A stretch of 64,000 nt of DNA from Nemertoderma westbladi (lineage: Eukaryota > Animalia > Xenacoelomorpha): the NCBI GenBank assembly GCA_032718475.1, contig JAUCBJ010007264.1:1-64000 (forward strand), written 5' to 3'. Below are positions 27,494-39,409 of the stretch, one piece after another. Position numbers and translations under genes: made by a program. Positions within the stretch are counted from its first letter, which is position 1. Each line of letters begins with the position of its first letter. The notes below the pieces were generated by a model, which made no database searches, was not told the origin of the DNA, and worked only from the letters and a program-made list of their open reading frames with translations.

Positions 27494-28100
27494 TAGAGTT
27501 AGTTAGTTAGTTAGGATTTAGTTAGAAGGTACGTAGTACCTAGTGTCAGAGTTAGTTAGTTAGTTAGGAGGTACGTAATACCGAGAGTTAGAGTTAGTTA
27601 GTTAGTTAGTTAGGAGGTACGTAGTACTGAGAGTTGGAGTTAGAAGTAGTAAGAGGGTACGTAGTACCGATAGTTAGTGGAGTTGGAAGTAGTAAGAGGG
27701 TACGTAGTACCGATAGTTAGTGGAGTTAGTTAGTTAGATGTAGTAAGAGTGTACGTAGTACCGATAGTTAGTGGAGTTAGAAGTAGAAGTAGTAAGAGGG
27801 TATGTAGTACCGATAGTTAGTGGAGTTAGGAGTAGTAAGAGGGTACGTAGTACCGATAGTTAGTGGAGTTAGAAGTAGTAAGAGGGTACGTAGTACCGTT
27901 AGTCAGAGGAGTTAGTAGGAGGGTACGTAGTACCGATAGTTAGTGGAGTTAGGAGTAGTAAGAGGGTACGTAGTACCGGCTAGTAAGAGTAGAGTTAGAG
28001 AAGTAGTAAGAGGGTACATAGTACCGGTTAGTAAGAGTAGAGTTAGAGGAGTTAGTAGGGGGGTACGTAGTACCGGCTAGTAAGAGTAGTAGTTAGTTGT
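27494..28100 (+). repeat. Array of ~13 GGTACGTAGTACC hairpin units with AGTT/GGAG-rich spacers (B1, downstream of pol)
   Basis: Directly visible; a homologous array is present in B2. Confidence 0.9.
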
Positions 28101-29618
28101 AGAACTAGTTTGTGAGAGGGTGCATAGAGCACAGTTGGTAGTAAGAATCAGTGATAGGGGGGTATAAATAGTGTATAGTAAGAGATAAGAGAGCACAATA
28201 TATCATAGAAATAGTGGCCAGAAAGGTAGAGTCACAAAATCTGAAATAAAAAAAAAAAAAAAAAAAAATTAAGGATATTAGAATCACCTCCGAACTACAG
28301 AAGAGCCTTCAAGATGGCCTTCGGAGGTCTGGATAGACATCACATGGGGGAAGTTGGAAGTGAATAGATTAGGGGAGAAGCGACTGGAAGAAGTCGCCAG
28401 GGGAGAAATGCCGAGAGGGAATGAGGCGCGTTATGTAGACGAGCATATAATATAACATATGATAATAATAACCTTATAATAACTATATAAGTAAATCACG
28501 TATGTATATTATAAAGTACGTACCGTGGTCAAGCACGACCTTTTCCAATTAGCTACTGGGACTGGGGACTAATCGACCATGGTACTGTAAGTCACGGATG
28601 AGACGCTGACGACATCATACTTCTTGAGTGCGACGGCACGAAAGGGGGGTGAAGCTCGTCAGAAACGAGAGGGTGAGATAGGGCGAGATATGAGTAATAG
28701 AGCGTGGAGTGCGGAGTGTGGAGAGAGCGTGGGCGCAATTCAAATGTGGGGGGGGGGGGGAGTAAGAGGCGGAGTGAGGGACGAGGAGGTCCGAGAGTAT
28801 GCGAGAGTTAGGGTGAGAGCGGAGGAGAGTCAGGGCGAAAGTGTTGGGGAAACAAAAATCGTGTGAGAGGAGCGCACGGTCGGCCCGACATGGGACGCCA
28901 GGCGAACAGGGTAGCATTATCATACCCATAGGGAGCGGCCTGGAAAGCCGGCTCCGAGAGAAAATAGGCCCACCCCACACCCGATACTAGATCGGGATCC
29001 AATGGAATTGTAGCGCACTTTAGGTGGATGCTATCTTCTCACCGGGAAGATAGCATGGGGGGGAGTGTTAGCTTATTCAATTCCGCTAACACCCCACAAA
29101 GTAAGCCGTTAAGCAATATTGGGAGCACGAGGTTGATTACCCAACCTCGTGCCACCCCAACAAAGTGGGAAGGAGAAACACACAATAGGGGTCAGGGGCC
29201 ATACCCCTGACAGAGAGAGAATAGCAGGAGTGAGGGGAAACACTCCAAAGGGCGCCAACAGGGATATTAGCCAATGGGGGGAAGGCACCGGCTAGGTACT
29301 GTAACAACGGCCAAACCTTGCAATATATATTATTAGGTATCAGTAATCAGTTATTCAGTTATCTCATTTGTGTTAGTCGGTTAGCTAGGGTAGAGCGGAG
29401 ACTTCTAAGACCGTCCTCGCCTACCACCATTATCTGTACATACCGTGAATTTATACTGTATCCATTTATACTATATCTACCCTAACGTTTGCATTATACA
29501 TATCGGAGAATCAATAACATCAGAACTCTTGGACTCTTTTTACACACAAACGGCGGGGACGCGTACTTTTAATAACCGCGGATAAACCGGGATCCTCTTT
29601 GGATCCCGTCACAGTACA

Positions 29619-32600
29619 CCGGCATTCAGGACGATGGTTATCAACCAGGTTCGTCGGACGAGGATGGCGAGTCGAGCGCGAGAGAGGTGACCTGCCAAGG
29701 TTTCACCGCAGAGAGTTCATTGACCAGCGCGCGGACGTATTTATCATCGGCCACGTCGGAAATATTTAGCGTGATTCCAGTGAAACTTACTGGAGATAAG
29801 GGATCGAAGCGAATATATGTGATGTTGGACACTGCGTCCACATTATCTTATATCGACGAGGAAGTGGCGAGAGCCGTTTCTAGCTTCCAGGACGCAGAGG
29901 AAATCCAAATAGAGTTAAAGTCTATGCACAGGGTAGGGGACCTCAAGGGACACAGAATTTCGGTAGAACTAGACTCCCTACTTCCGAGAGACCAACATAC
30001 TCGACAAGAACGGAGAGCTTTGCCATTAGACGGATTTAAGTGTCTAGCTATGAAGGGGTTCGGCAGACAGTTAGGTAAGGTGCCGCCGATGAGTCCGATA
30101 GCACAGGAGTATTTTGACAAACTCAGAGTACCAAGACACCAGGTAGGTTATAGGAATGTTTCTATGTTGATTGGTGCAGAACAGCTGATCGCACACCAGA
30201 TATGGGAAACGAGACCAGCTGAGCCGCATGTAAATGGACCACATGCCCATAGGACTATATTAGGTTGGTATACAAGAGTACCCATGTCTTATGAGTTTAC
30301 AGGTGGCGACAAGCCAATAGATAGATACGACGGATTACAGCCTATAACTGAACCACCGTTAGTAGAACCACCAGACATAGACGAGTTTAGGAGAACCTGT
30401 ATTGACCATTATAGTGATGTTAGCGAGTCGGACAAGGAGTTGATTCCCGATAATGTTAGGTTGTCAGAACCACTTCACAATGACCGGACAGATAGTGAAC
30501 CCGAGGACTACTGTTATCAGACCCGTGGGTCTGGTTCAGCGGCCCACGCTACTTATCTGAGTAACGTTTTGACTTATACCGACATAGTAGAGGGTCAAGT
30601 GGCTAAATATCGAGACCTCGACATTTTCCAATACAATGAGGAGGAGCTACAGAAGGAATTGATACGCCAGGACCTCGAGACAGGAGCCAGAACCGTCGAA
30701 TGGCTGGATAGGGACACAATGGAACCCGGTGGATATGACCTAACCATGTCTGCTGATGAGAAACGGTCGCTGGAGATGATGGAAGATACCATATGTCTGC
30801 TACCGACTGGACATTTTGAAGTTGGAATGTTGTGGCGTCGACAACCTCCTAAGTTGGAGAACAACTACAGCTTAGCCTTGAAAAGATTGAACGGAGTAAG
30901 GGCTCGGTTGTTGAAGAATCCGGACATTAGGGAGAAGTATTGCGCCCAGATCAACAACTATTTTGCCAAGCGATTTGCTGGGAAGGTAGAGGACCCTGAC
31001 TTAGTGACGGACCAGACTTATTACCTCCCACACCACTATGTGACTCACCCTGACAAACCTGACAAAGTCCGAGTAGTCAACGACTGCGCAGCAGTCTACA
31101 GAGGTATGTCCCTGAGTTCAGAGTTGATGGATGTACCCAACCTGAATAATTATTTGATAGGTATACTGTTACGTTTTAGACAGCGGCGATTCGCATTTAC
31201 TTGTGACATCGAGGCGATGTTCCACCAGGTAAGAGCCTGTAAGGCAGACCAGGATAGCCTTCGATTTCTCTGGTTTGAGAATGAAGACTTATCCGGCCCA
31301 GTGGTTACATACCAAATGTATGTTAGGATATTTGGCGCCCGCGATAGTCCAAATGGCACGCTGTTTGTTCTAAAGAAAACGGCAACAGCCCAGATTGGTA
31401 AGTATCCAGTAGAGGTTATCGAGTCTATATTGAGAAACTTCTATATGGACGACGGATTGGTGTCCAAGGACACAGCGGAACAAGCCATAGAAGTGGCTCA
31501 CGGCCTGCAGGAGTGCTTGGCTACAGGGGTTTTCCTCTAATCAAGTTCACCACTAATTCAGTGGCCCTATTAGAGTCGTTCCCGGTGAAGGATCGCAGGA
31601 GCGGAGACATTGAATTGGGGGTAGAACCCATCCCCATGGCGCGAGTACTGGGACTCGCTTGGAATCCGAATACGGACAAGTTCCAGGTAAGAGTTAGATT
31701 TGAGCCCAGTAGCCCAGATAAGGTTTTGACAAAGAGAATTTGCTTATCGACATTAAGTAGACTATTTGACCCGATTAACTTTATCAGTCCGGTAATATTA
31801 CAGGCACGAGCATGCATGAGAAAAATTTGGTTGTCCGACTTAGAGTGGGACGAACCAATATCTCCTATACATGCAAAGCAGTGGAGAGAGTGGGAAGCCG
31901 AGTTGCATCTATTGAAAAACATAGATGTACCCCGTTCCTACTTTCCGAATCAGTTTGTATTTCCAGCTGATTTAGAGCTGCATATGTTCAGTGACGCAAG
32001 TGACACCGGCTTTGGTATGGTAGCCTACCTTCGCCAAGAAGTAAGTCAGGATAAATTTGAGACGGCCTTTGTGACTTCTAGGTCAAAGACAATGCCGGTC
32101 AAATACATGACTGTCCCTCGTGCAGAGTTACAGGCGGCAGTAGTTTCAGTTGAGGTAAGTAAGCAGATAACAGAGGAGTTAGACACGACATTGACCTTAT
32201 TCTATTGGACGGACGCATCCTTAGTGTTAGTATATATTGCGGCCGACAATATTGCACTAAAGACATTTGTGGCCAACAGACGCGCTCAGATCGTCGACTT
32301 TTCGACGAAGGAACAATGGAGACATTGTCCGGGAGTGTTAAACCCGGCCGACATAACTTCGAGAGGTGCAATGCCGGCGGAATTCTGTCAGGAAGAGTCC
32401 CAGGAGTTTTGGTTGCATGGACCTGATTTTCTAACAAGGACACAGGAACATTGGCCAGAGCGATTAAAGATAGTGACCAATCTGATGCCTGAAGATGCAG
32501 AAGTCAAGGTGGAGAAAGTCTCTAAGTCAAAGTCTAAAGCCAAACTCAAGTCATTGGAGCGGCCTGAAGAGTCATTGGAGCGGCCTGAAGAGTTATTGGA

Positions 32601-34407
32601 GCGGCCCGGAGACCTGTCAGACCTACAGACTTACGTGACAACTAGGTCTGGAAGAGTAAGTTATGACGTAAAACCACCCTTACAGACTACACGAGAGTCA
32701 CAATTGGTAAGTGACGGACAGAAAATGACCGACACAATGGAGCCTTTGGTTTCCAAACCTGCGGGTTTGGATTCGAAACTTCCATTAGTTAGCAGACAAC
32801 CGTCGCTGGCATTAGAGCCATGTAGTATTTATGACAAATTACTAAATTCGTCTGCCTCTTGGCTGACAATTTGTAAAAGAACTGCGTGGTTAAGCCGATA
32901 CATTTCGTACCTTTGTTTAAAACATTCGAAACATTTGGGAGAACAAATGAGCACTAATAGTGAGCGAATTCAGAAATTGAAACAACCTCTGACAGAGGAT
33001 GAAATTGATCAAGCGGAATTAAAGCATTTGAAATATTATCAAATGTGTGCCTTCCCAAAAGAATTCTATCTATTATCGGCTCAACGACCAGTTCTCTATA
33101 AACCCCTTAGAAAATGGAGTCCATTAATCCATAAAGGTTTGATTTATCATAGATCAAGAATCCAGACTGTCGACATAAACTCACAGTTTAGGTTCCCAGT
33201 GATAATCCCTAATCACCCAATAGAATTGCAAAGAGCGATTCTATGGGATATACACAAGAGGTTGCATCACGCGGGAAGGTTACACTGTTTGTCGGCAGCG
33301 AGACAGCGATTCATTCTATTGCAGCCAAGCAGGGCAGTAGGTACTATGTACGACGCTTGTCTGGTTTGCAAGAGGGCGAACGCCAGAGTATTGGAACAGG
33401 AGATGGCTGAACTCCCGGAAGCAAGAGTGCAGGCATATGACCCACCTTTTACAAATACAGGGGTGGATTGTTTTGGTCCGATTGAGGCAAAGAGTGGACG
33501 GCTGACCCACAAGCGATGGGGCCTGCTACTGACATGCATGGCTAGTAGAGCCATACATATTGAGCATGTGGCAGACATGTCGACCAAATCTTTCTTAAAG
33601 AGATTTATGGCCAGGAGAGGACTAGTAAAGGCGTTCTACTCTGACAAGTGTACAAACTTTGTCGGGGGGAATAGCGAGTTAAACAAGGCTCACAAAGCAG
33701 CGCAGAATAAAGAAATTTCTGCAGCACTTTTGCCGCAAAGAGTAGAGTGGAGATTTAATACTCCAGAAAGTCCTTGGAGAGGAGGAAGTTGGGAGCGTTT
33801 GGTTCGTTCCATAAAGCAGGCCATTGCTAAGACATTGCCTGTAAACAAACAACTTACCGACGACGAACTGGTCACAGCTTTCATCGAAATCGAGCATACA
33901 CTAAACTCGAGGCCGATAGCTATGTTGCCAGACGGTGTTGCATTAACGCCGAATCATTTGCTAATGCAGAGTCCAGCATTTCTTGTGCCGGCATCAGAAC
34001 CCATTAGTGCCGACCTATACAGTCGTAAGAGCTGGAAAGTAACACAATTTGTCGCGTACACATTCTGGGAATATTGGCAGGAATACTATCTTCCCACCAT
34101 ATCCACCAGATCAAAGTGGTACAAAACGGTTCGGAGTCTCCAAAGGGGAGATTATGTATTGATAACCGAACCGATTGTCAAGAGAAAATATTGGGAGACT
34201 GGAGTCATCTTGCACATACACCCAGACGTGCAAAATATAGTGCGCACAGTCACTGTGAAAATTAGGTGCAAGTGTCCGCACCCAAAGAAGTGTAAAACTA
34301 ATGGTTTACACACCTTGGACCGACCGGTCCAAGATATCGTGTTATTAGAGGAAACACGCATCGAGACGGGAGATTATAATTTGTCTCCTACCTCAAAACA
34401 GAATTAG
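29619..34407 (+). pseudogene. Element A protease-RT-RNaseH-integrase, frameshift near 31520-31540
   Basis: LDTAS, YYLPHHYV, DIEAMFHQV, FYMDD, MFSDAS, NPADITSRG, GVDCFGP, PWRGGSWERL. Confidence 0.93.
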
Positions 34408-35161
34408 TGTTGGACGCAACTCACTTCGTATGCATTCCTTGTATGCAAATACCAGGAAATGCATAGGAGTGGGTTTGCGGTGATTTGCGTTGAGTTTTGT
34501 CTGGTTGGTATCAAAACAAAATTTTATTTTCAAAATTTTGGAAAATTAAAAAATTTTAAAAAATTAGAAATGAACCCAAGACAATTCCAGACGCTGTGTA
34601 TAGACGCGTTTTAGAATTCGTTTATAGATATACAGTAATTTGAAAAGTCGTGAAGCCTGGAAAATAGCATTTAGAAACCATGGTGACAGCTATATTACGT
34701 AGGAGTGTAAATTGAGTTTAGCAACTTCCACAGATTGGTGCCAACAGTACAACTAAGGTGCTAAAGGTTAGTAGCACCAGAGACGTACACGACCCCACTC
34801 AGTAGTTTGCAGTGAAGTGAGATGTTCGATTATCAAACCTGTGGGTTTGGTATAGTCGAGCAATGAGACTATTGTCCTTCCTAACTACTGTAGTTTAGTA
34901 TGAGTAATGGGAGTAGTTTGGGCATCAAAAAGTGAGTTGGTCACGGCCAGTTTATCTCCAAAGTTTTTGCGCTATGCATGGGAATAGGTTAGAGGATAGT
35001 TAGGAATGAGACGGGATCTAGAGAGTCGAACCTGAACTGCTGGAAGGCGGGGGGGCTCAGGAGGTCTGTCCTTCGGCGACATCTAACTGATTTACCCACA
35101 GTGTAATTAGTTACGTAACGGAACTTATTGGGATATATAATATGTATATACGCGGCTCATA

Positions 35162-38100
35162 ATGGAGAAGGAAATTAGAGCGCAACCGCGGAGAGGATTT
35201 ACTGCTAGAGAGGAGGCGGAACTACCATTTGCCCGACCGGGATGTAAAGATTCGAATGTTTACTATCATGGAAGGTCGTTAATGGAGCTAAATGGAAAGT
35301 ATAAACCTGCGTACGATAAGGAATTAAGGAGAGAAAGAATGAGAGCGTTGGGGGACCGTATGGAAGATTTGCGGAAGGAGTATCGCACTCGGTATCCCTA
35401 CGATTTTGCGTTAGACGTATGCGTCATTAGTGCGGACCCGGACGAGGAGATCGCACGGTTGTACCATATGAACATGTATTTACGACACAACAAACCTCTA
35501 CCTGCAGTCCGAGATCAGTTCGACGGAATGCATCTATACCGGAGGACTCGAGGCGAGGATCAAGAGACGTCAAAGGTCTTCAGTGTATACAAGTTGTTCT
35601 ATAAATGTGGTGAATGCATGAACAAACAAGACGTGGCGATTCCCGACCGACTGGACGAGCAACATCCTGAACCGATATTAACGCGATGTCAAGCTCACCA
35701 GTTCCTTAGATACAACGAGGGAGGTTACCCAATGAGCAACCTGATGATTAGTATCGACTTCAGCAGAAAGCGACCTCCAAGACCCATTACGCCGACCGTT
35801 ACGACATTAGATCCGTATACGGAGATTAAACCCTGTTCGACACTCAGTTTGATAGAGACGGCAGCGGCCATTTCGCTGTACCGAGCCTACAAGGACCTAG
35901 AGGCGCGGCGCGAAGCGGCACGGGACTCGGGTACCAAACCCACGGATTTGGAGCTCTCGAGTCCCTGGACTCCGTTTACTTCGCCTCATCGAGCGAGAAA
36001 CCTCACGCCTGAGCATCAGGACGACATAGACGCGTTGCGGCGGAAGGCGAAACAGTTATTCCAAGCACGGGTAGCGGAATATAATAAGACCGCGGATAGA
36101 CATCAGGAGGAGACGAGGAGAGTGACCGGATTTGTTCCACAGGCCTTATCTCAACCCCGACTGGTGTATTATTCCGACGGCAACGAACCTGCGATATTGG
36201 TAGATCACCCAGAGTCGCGAGAAGCGATTAGATTCTTGCCGATGGTAAGGATGTCGGATCATTGGAATGTCGACTGTCTACGGGAAGTTTTATGCGCGAA
36301 GTTCTTGCGTGATGTCCCAATGCAGATCACGGATTATGACACATTGGACAAGATTGGAGCTCCGGGGAAGGAGAGTAAGTTATTCGGATGGTTGGATAAG
36401 TACATCAAGGTATGGGTCGCGGTGGCTACGTTCCCAGACGACGAGGAGGTAGACCAGGCATGGCTGAGGAGGAAGAGTTCTTACACCCGATATGACGACC
36501 ACAAGGCTATCGAGCGCATGTGGACCCCATCAGACGAGATTCAGCGTCAGTGGAGGAAAACGGAGGAATCACTACAGGATTGGAGAGTGATGTTCTACGA
36601 CAATGAAGGAGGGTCTCATCAGGAATGCTTGACTAGCAAATGCATTCAAATTCGCGCGGCCGACAGTGTGACTCATGTGTTTATGCGTGTAAGGGCAGAT
36701 CGAGAGAGACCGGAGCCCATAATAACGACACAATATCGGAAAGGGAAGGATCCTAGGGAACAGATTTTGGAGGTATGCAGGCGAGGAGGTATGCATGGAG
36801 CGGAGCGTATTGACGCCAGGATGCTACCCAATAAGGTTAGAGAGGCTATTCTCAACCAAGATTATGTCAAGGTGGGATCGGGAGTCCAGAGCGATTTGGA
36901 GAGTGACTTTAACGCCATGACTGATTTGGAAGATAGATTGCCGAGACCATTTGTCGACACCAAGCTATTGTTGCTATGGGCACAGGATATTGTAATTTAT
37001 AGGGAGTATCCCAACTCTGCCAAGACTGGTATGGGCTTCATAGCATATTTGTTGTATAATTGGGACTTTAAGTTGAAGACGCAGCAGAAGTACGAGGAGG
37101 CGTATGGTGAATATAACACGCCACCGGGGGCGGAGTTCAAATCCCACTTCAAGCGGCAAGCGTTAGTGTATTGGAATATTTGCGCGCCACCCCGTGCGTC
37201 ATTACAATATTATTTGGTGCTTGAGTCGAACACGGTAACTTGTTTATTAGCGGATATCGTTGCGCGAGTTTTGAAGCGTCATCCATTGGTATTCGGAGGA
37301 GATCAATACGTTCGTTCGAAAGGGGGAATCCAATCCGACGTGATGAAGCGTTTCTTAACCCCGTTCTTCAACCAATCGTTAGAGAATACGTCGATGGTTA
37401 GGAGAGGATTAGCGATATTCGAAGGGATATATCGACAGAACATCGGAGATTTGGGAGACCGACCGTCGATGGAGAATCCGATGCCAGAGGCTTTGGAGAA
37501 GTGGTTCGGGAATCAAACCCGCGGGTTTGGTACTCCCTTCCACTCGGAGGCTGATAGACCTGTTAGAGAGGGTTGGCCGGAGACGTTAGTAGAGGTGTTT
37601 GGAGTAGATCTTCCGGTGGAGAAGACATATCCGAAATGAACGCGGGAGGAAATATTGGAGATAGAGGGCAAGGGCGAGGATGTTTACTTTGTTCCGGATC
37701 GACAACCGCTGACCGGAGAGGACGACATCGTATTAGACATTGGGAAAGAAGGAAGTGCGAAACCGATTGGAGACCTCATATACGAGAGGGCCTGGTTTCC
37801 ACAATCGCGTAGGTGTAAGTTGTGCGGCAGCACAAGGCACAATCAAAAATCGTGCGACACGGTAGTGGAAGCGGCGCATAAGGTTTGCCGTTGGTGCAAT
37901 GAGACCGACCATTCGTTTCATACATGCACCGTCTTCATTTCTCAATGTGGATATTGTGGAGTAAAGGGACATCGTAGCGCGAGATGCCAACTGCGAGACG
38001 ATTCCTTCCAAAACCATAGCGCTAACCTACTTCGGGAGATGCTAGATAAGTGGGAGAGTGTGGCTGACTACCACATCCAAGCGCAGATGCGTTGGTTACC

Positions 38101-38854
38101 ATTTAAGGCGGGATATGGATTTTGGGCAGTAGACCCATCACACGTTGCATATGAGCCATATCTACAGTCGTTACCACAATATCAGGAGCTCATACTAACC
38201 GCTCAAGACCTTCCACAGAACACTGAAGTCATCGTTGTTCGGGAATACTTCAGACAATTGAACATGGATAACAAGTACACTTGGAACTTTGTTGCTATTT
38301 GCGACCGCATAACGAAAGGTCTGTTTTCGGAAACTAGAAAAGTGGTGCGCGCGCGAAGAGATTGGAGGATGGCGGCTATACAGTACCGCAACGAGTTCCT
38401 ATTGACTCACGTACCAGTGGGGTCATTGACCGCTAAGAGGATCGACGAACAGCGAACCGCAGCGCCCACAGCGACGACCGTTGGAGCTCAAGGCTCACGG
38501 AAGGAACCAAGAGGAGAGGTCCAAGACAAGCGTCAAGTCAAGGACGATCACTATCATTCTATTATAGAGGCTCAGCGATTGCAACGCAAGGCGCAAGGGG
38601 CGTCGGAAAAGGCCTGGGTGCAATTGCAGAAGGAAGAGTTGGTGGAAGCGACCACAGGAGCATGACAATTGGGACGAGGCCGAGGGAGAAGTACGAGCCG
38701 GGAATCTGTCGGGGCTCAGGGAACATCGTCGCCGGTTCCGGGGAGTGACGCCTCGCGGACAACGTCAACAGAATCGACTGGAGGACGGTTGGTGTATCTG
38801 GGAAGGGGGCAGAAGAGAGAAGCGAGCCCAAAGAACCCAGGAGCGGGTCGGTAA
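35162..38854 (+). pseudogene. Element A accessory ORF2 (~1230 codons, two in-frame TGA stops): unknown N-terminal region + DEDDy 3'-5' exonuclease-like domain + triple CCHC knuckle
   Basis: ORFs 35162, 37655 and 38669 share one frame. Motifs FYDNE..CIQI..LPNKVREAILNQDYVKVGSGVQSD..FVDT..GMGFIA..YYLVLES, then CKLC..H..C / CRWC..H..C / CGYC..H..C. Confidence 0.75.
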
Positions 38855-39079
38855 TGCATACATATCACGGGGCGACAGACTCTAGATATATACATCATCG
38901 TCGCTCTGATGTATATTGTAGCATTTTCGTAAATATCCGACTGGACTCATATACACTAGTCGTACCTATTTGAATTTATGTTATGAGAGAGACGAAGGAG
39001 GTGATTGGGGAGACAAACCTGCGGGTTTGGCTTACTCCTTTCACCTGCCCTAGCAAATTTTTATATATTGTAAAAGTGA

Positions 39080-39250
39080 ATATTTTTGTAAATTTAATTT
39101 GTATGTAGTAATCATTATGTAGAACGAATGAGAAACAGTATTTGTAAATTTAATTTGTATGTAATAATCGTTAACTTTGAAAGAGATAATATTTTGTAAA
39201 TTTAATTTGTATGCAATTCATTATGCAATATCTATAGCAATATTTGTAAA
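39080..39250. repeat. Short imperfect tandem repeat (TTTGTAAATTTAATTTGTATG x3-4) in the element A 3' UTR
   Basis: Directly visible. Confidence 0.75.
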
Positions 39251-39367
39251 TAGTAGAGTTATTATAGTTATTTAGATTATTTTAAAAGCGAATTATTTTG
39301 TTTGTATACATCGCCTTATACTCTTCTACAATTGGAGGGAAACATTGTATGATTTCCCTCGGAGCAG

Positions 39368-39400
39368 TGTTACGGTATGTGGCGCTGTACATATATTAGT
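39368..39400 (+). repeat. Start of the element A 3' LTR, truncated
   Basis: TGTTACG is the inverse of the LTR end CGTAACA. It is preceded by a short purine-rich tract and a GAGGGAAA..TTTCCCTC hairpin. Confidence 0.7.
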
Positions 39401-39409
39401 CCGTCGATA

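Larger units (their letters stand above)
12337..29613 (+). mobile_element. BEL/Pao LTR retrotransposon 'B1' inserted in element A
   Basis: 548-bp TG..CA LTRs at 12337-12884 and 29066-29613 (about 8 differences); TSD GTACA at 12332-12336 and 29614-29618; PPT GGGGGGGAG before 29066. Confidence 0.95.

Noticed and set aside
27494-28100. CRISPR-like look of the palindromic repeat/spacer arrays (also 42320-42860)
   Set aside because: The spacers are low-complexity and resemble one another, the repeat is only 13 bp, there are no cas genes, and the context is a eukaryotic retroelement.
28595-28650. Hammerhead-like CTGACGA...GAAA in the B1 3' UTR
   Set aside because: The core is not conserved in B2 and the required stems are not evident.
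35162-37639. ORF2 as an envelope gene
   Set aside because: No signal peptide, transmembrane helix or Cys-rich glycoprotein pattern.
39377-39409. ATG-initiated 943-aa ORF as a complete gene
   Set aside because: The first ~11 codons come from the A LTR and junction filler; this is a chimeric, truncated pol.
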